From the sequence record OR352956.1: a stretch of DNA of 64,000 nt. One strand, 5' to 3'. A program made the translations under genes and the position numbers. Positions 62,139 through 64,000 of this stretch are shown one piece after another. The notes under the pieces were generated by a model that was not told where the DNA came from, ran no database searches, and saw only the letters and a list, made by a program, of their open reading frames with translations. The DNA is from Escherichia phage AV126. Positions within the stretch are counted from its first letter, which is position 1. Each line of letters begins with the position of its first letter.

Positions 62139-63223
62139 TCGAAGTCAAGCTCCTCATCATCAGAGAGATCTTTGTTAGCTGAATTCAATTTGTAATTAGT
62201 TAACTGAATCTCTTGGGCTGCTGACTGAATCAAATCAGGATTCAACCATTTTTCCATCCAAGCTAAAGGACTGTGTTTAGGTGCTTTAAACTTGGCTTTC
62301 ATTTTCAATCGACGATAAATAGGAGCAGCATTGAAATAAACCCACTGTTTAGACAATTCGGCGTTAAGACCTACAATAAAACGACCTTCACTAAACAGGT
62401 AGTCACACCACTGTTCCTCTTGTTCAACAACAGTGTCGAGGATCAAAGTCAACTCTTCAATATTGTCTTCGTAAATTTTACGCCAAATTGGGTCATGCAT
62501 CAATGCATCAATTACAGCATAATCCATCTTAACATGCAAGATTTCATCTAGCATAATTTTCTGGATCAGTTTACAAGCTCCAACAAACAGTTGTTGTTCT
62601 GCCATAGCAAAAGTAGCAGAGAAGGAAGATATAAACTGGATACCTTCTAACCCAATCAGGGCTACCATCCCTTTAAGAATCAGCAATCGAAGTTCATCGT
62701 TAGCTTCAATCAATCCTAGAGCATACTTATGACCAGCTTCTTCCAACTGACCCATGATATCAGCAATGATACCCATACGATTGAAAATTTTATCATTAAC
62801 CATAATCTGATTGATGACTTCAATTGGATCTGGAGTACATTGACGGATTATTTCAGAATACGTTAACGCATGGAGAACTTCCATTTCACTCTGCTTCATC
62901 ATCATAGCACAGGCTTCATTGTTACTCAAGAATGGAGAGAACAAAGTGATGATTGATTTTGCAAGAGAATCATTTTCCCATTGGAACGATAAGTTTTTAA
63001 TCATAACATCATAGTTGTTTTTAGAACAAGCTACGAAATCTTTACGTGTCTGATCTAGATTAACTTCGTTTTCATCCCAATCTTGTGCTTTTTGAAGTTT
63101 GTAGAGTTTGTGCATTTCTGGATAAGTTACGTTAACAGAATCAAAGATCCCTAATTGCTCCCCCAAAAATACTGGATATTTTCCTGTTTTGTAAACTTCA
63201 TTGTGTAAATTAATTGCTGCCAT
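62135..63223 (-). CDS. nrdB: ribonucleotide reductase small subunit (NrdB, 362 aa)
   Basis: Ferritin-like diiron protein; C-terminal ...WMEKWLNPDLIQSAAQEIQLTNY resembles T4 NrdB C-terminus; adjacent to nrdA. Confidence 0.85.
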   Translation of the reverse strand: MAAINLHNEVYKTGKYPVFLGEQLGIFDSVNVTYPEMHKLYKLQKAQDWDENEVNLDQTRKDFVACSKNNYDVMIKNLSFQWENDSLAKSIITLFSPFLSNNEACAMMMKQSEMEVLHALTYSEIIRQCTPDPIEVINQIMVNDKIFNRMGIIADIMGQLEEAGHKYALGLIEANDELRLLILKGMVALIGLEGIQFISSFSATFAMAEQQLFVGACKLIQKIMLDEILHVKMDYAVIDALMHDPIWRKIYEDNIEELTLILDTVVEQEEQWCDYLFSEGRFIVGLNAELSKQWVYFNAAPIYRRLKMKAKFKAPKHSPLAWMEKWLNPDLIQSAAQEIQLTNYKLNSANKDLSDDEELDFE

Positions 63224-63240
63224 TTAAAATTCTCCTCAAT

Positions 63241-63262
63241 AAAAGGGGGCCGAAGCCCCTTT
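63241..63262 (-). terminator. intercistronic GC hairpin with UUCG loop (minus strand)
   Basis: Minus sense AAAGGGGCUUCGGCCCCCUUUUAUU between homing-endonuclease-like ORF and nrdB SD. Confidence 0.45.
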
Positions 63263-63266
63263 ATAT

Positions 63267-63923
63267 TTAGCCTCGAAATACTGTTTTTGTTTCCGCCAGG
63301 TGCCAATAGAAATCAGCTTTGTTTACAAGAGTGTTGTACACCTCTGGATAAAAATGTTCTTCCTCTTTGTAACGATCTGCTGTTTCCCTGATTGACTTAG
63401 CTTTATCCTTTAGCCAAGCGAAGTGTGCCTCTTCCTCTGTAGAGAAGTAGCCTAAATGCTTTCCTTTACTCCCAGAAGCTTTGGCATAAATCTTACCATC
63501 TTTCCTAACATGTGCTCCTAGTAAGTATTTTCTTTCATACCTCTTAGCATAACTTAAGAGTGTATTTATATAAGGAGGAACAAACCTACAATATTCAGGA
63601 CAATAAACAGTATTTCCTTCAAGAACAAGATCTTTATCTAAAACAAAGCCTTCCACATTGTGTTCTTGATACTAGTTATCAAAGTTTGAAAAGGTGAACC
63701 AAGCATCACACACAGTAACATCTTTATAACCTGGTCTAATGTTTTCCATACGATATGCACGATTAAACATGCCTTTCCAAGCTGCATAGGAAGGGTCTAT
63801 GAATGTATTAACCCTTTTCCCATTGATAACACCACCTTCCCACAATCTACGTTCAACATCCACAATCAAGGGGATTTCTCCCCTCTCTGTGAGAACGGTA
63901 ACTTTACGTTTACCCTTCTTCAT
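63267..63923 (-). mobile_element. homing-endonuclease-like ORF (AP2-domain family) interrupted by an in-frame TAG at 63672-63674; possible pseudogene
   Basis: ORF-track ORFs 63672..63923 and 63267..63656 are in the same frame 5 codons apart; upstream part W.GMFNRAY...YKDVTVCDAWFTFSNF and downstream GKIYAKASGSKGKHLGYFSTEEEAHFAW (AP2-like); sits between nrdA and nrdB as T4 mobE does. Confidence 0.5.
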
Positions 63924-63934
63924 CTGTTCTCCTA

Positions 63935-64000
63935 CTACATTTTACAGGCACTACACCCTTCGTCTTCAGAATCTTCTTGTGCTAAAGAATCTGCTGATTT
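63935..64000 (-). CDS. nrdA: ribonucleotide reductase large subunit NrdA, C-terminal fragment (gene starts beyond window end)
   Basis: Minus-strand translation of the last ~65 nt ends ...EDSEDEGCSACKM-stop, the conserved Cys-pair tail of class Ia NrdA; coordinates uncertain by 1 nt. Confidence 0.7.
   Translation of the reverse strand, partial: KSADSLAQEDSEDEGCSACKM

Noticed and set aside
533-62551. Numerous ORF-track ORFs lying antisense or out of frame within larger genes (e.g. 533..919, 3664..3909, 13261..13590, 28777..29349, 60368..60790, 62273..62551)
   Set aside because: Fully embedded in longer ORFs with recognisable homology or better context; typical spurious ORFs.
1-64000. tRNA genes (T4-type phages often carry a tRNA cluster near the lysozyme gene)
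   Set aside because: Reading by eye found no cloverleaf-compatible segment with a GTTCRA T-loop motif in intergenic regions; the one GGTTCGAAGG occurrence (~53260) is inside a coding region. This cannot be excluded without a tRNA scanner.

Overview
This window reads as a segment of a T4-type (Tevenvirinae-like) myovirus genome, AT-rich with strong AGGAGG-type ribosome-binding sites and tightly packed, often overlapping ORFs. Recognisable core genes are nrdD (5' fragment, minus strand at the window start), a T4-lysozyme homologue, phoH, an NrdC-like glutaredoxin, nrdB and the 3' end of nrdA, with a homing-endonuclease-like ORF carrying an in-frame TAG between nrdA and nrdB. Transcription diverges near 9.15 kb and converges near 44.65 kb: minus-strand blocks at 1-9107 and 44697-64000, plus-strand blocks at 9222-15446, 16705-26970 and 28530-44627. 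The most unusual content is accessory: (1) a GC-richer island (16.6-26.5 kb) of about 30 small ORFs, most preceded by a repeated cassette of sigma70-like promoter plus GC-rich stem-loop (PeSL-like); (2) two ORF-poor regions flanking that island (15.45-16.6 kb and 27.0-28.5 kb) with Fur-box-like palindromes overlapping promoter -10 elements, direct and inverted repeats, and a possible GC-rich non-coding transcript; (3) a complete dTDP-L-rhamnose pathway (rmlB-rmlA-rmlC-rmlD) next to nrdB; (4) a zinc-less Sir2-like sirtuin and a NADAR-domain protein; (5) an HslV-like Ntn peptidase with no HslU partner; (6) a small serine recombinase, plus two copies of a ~58 bp element in direct orientation 34 kb apart; (7) several paralogous small-protein families. 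All calls rest on reading the sequence and remembered motifs; no database search was run. The displayed sequence appears to carry one extra base near 63900 relative to the ORF track, so coordinates beyond that point are uncertain by 1 nt.
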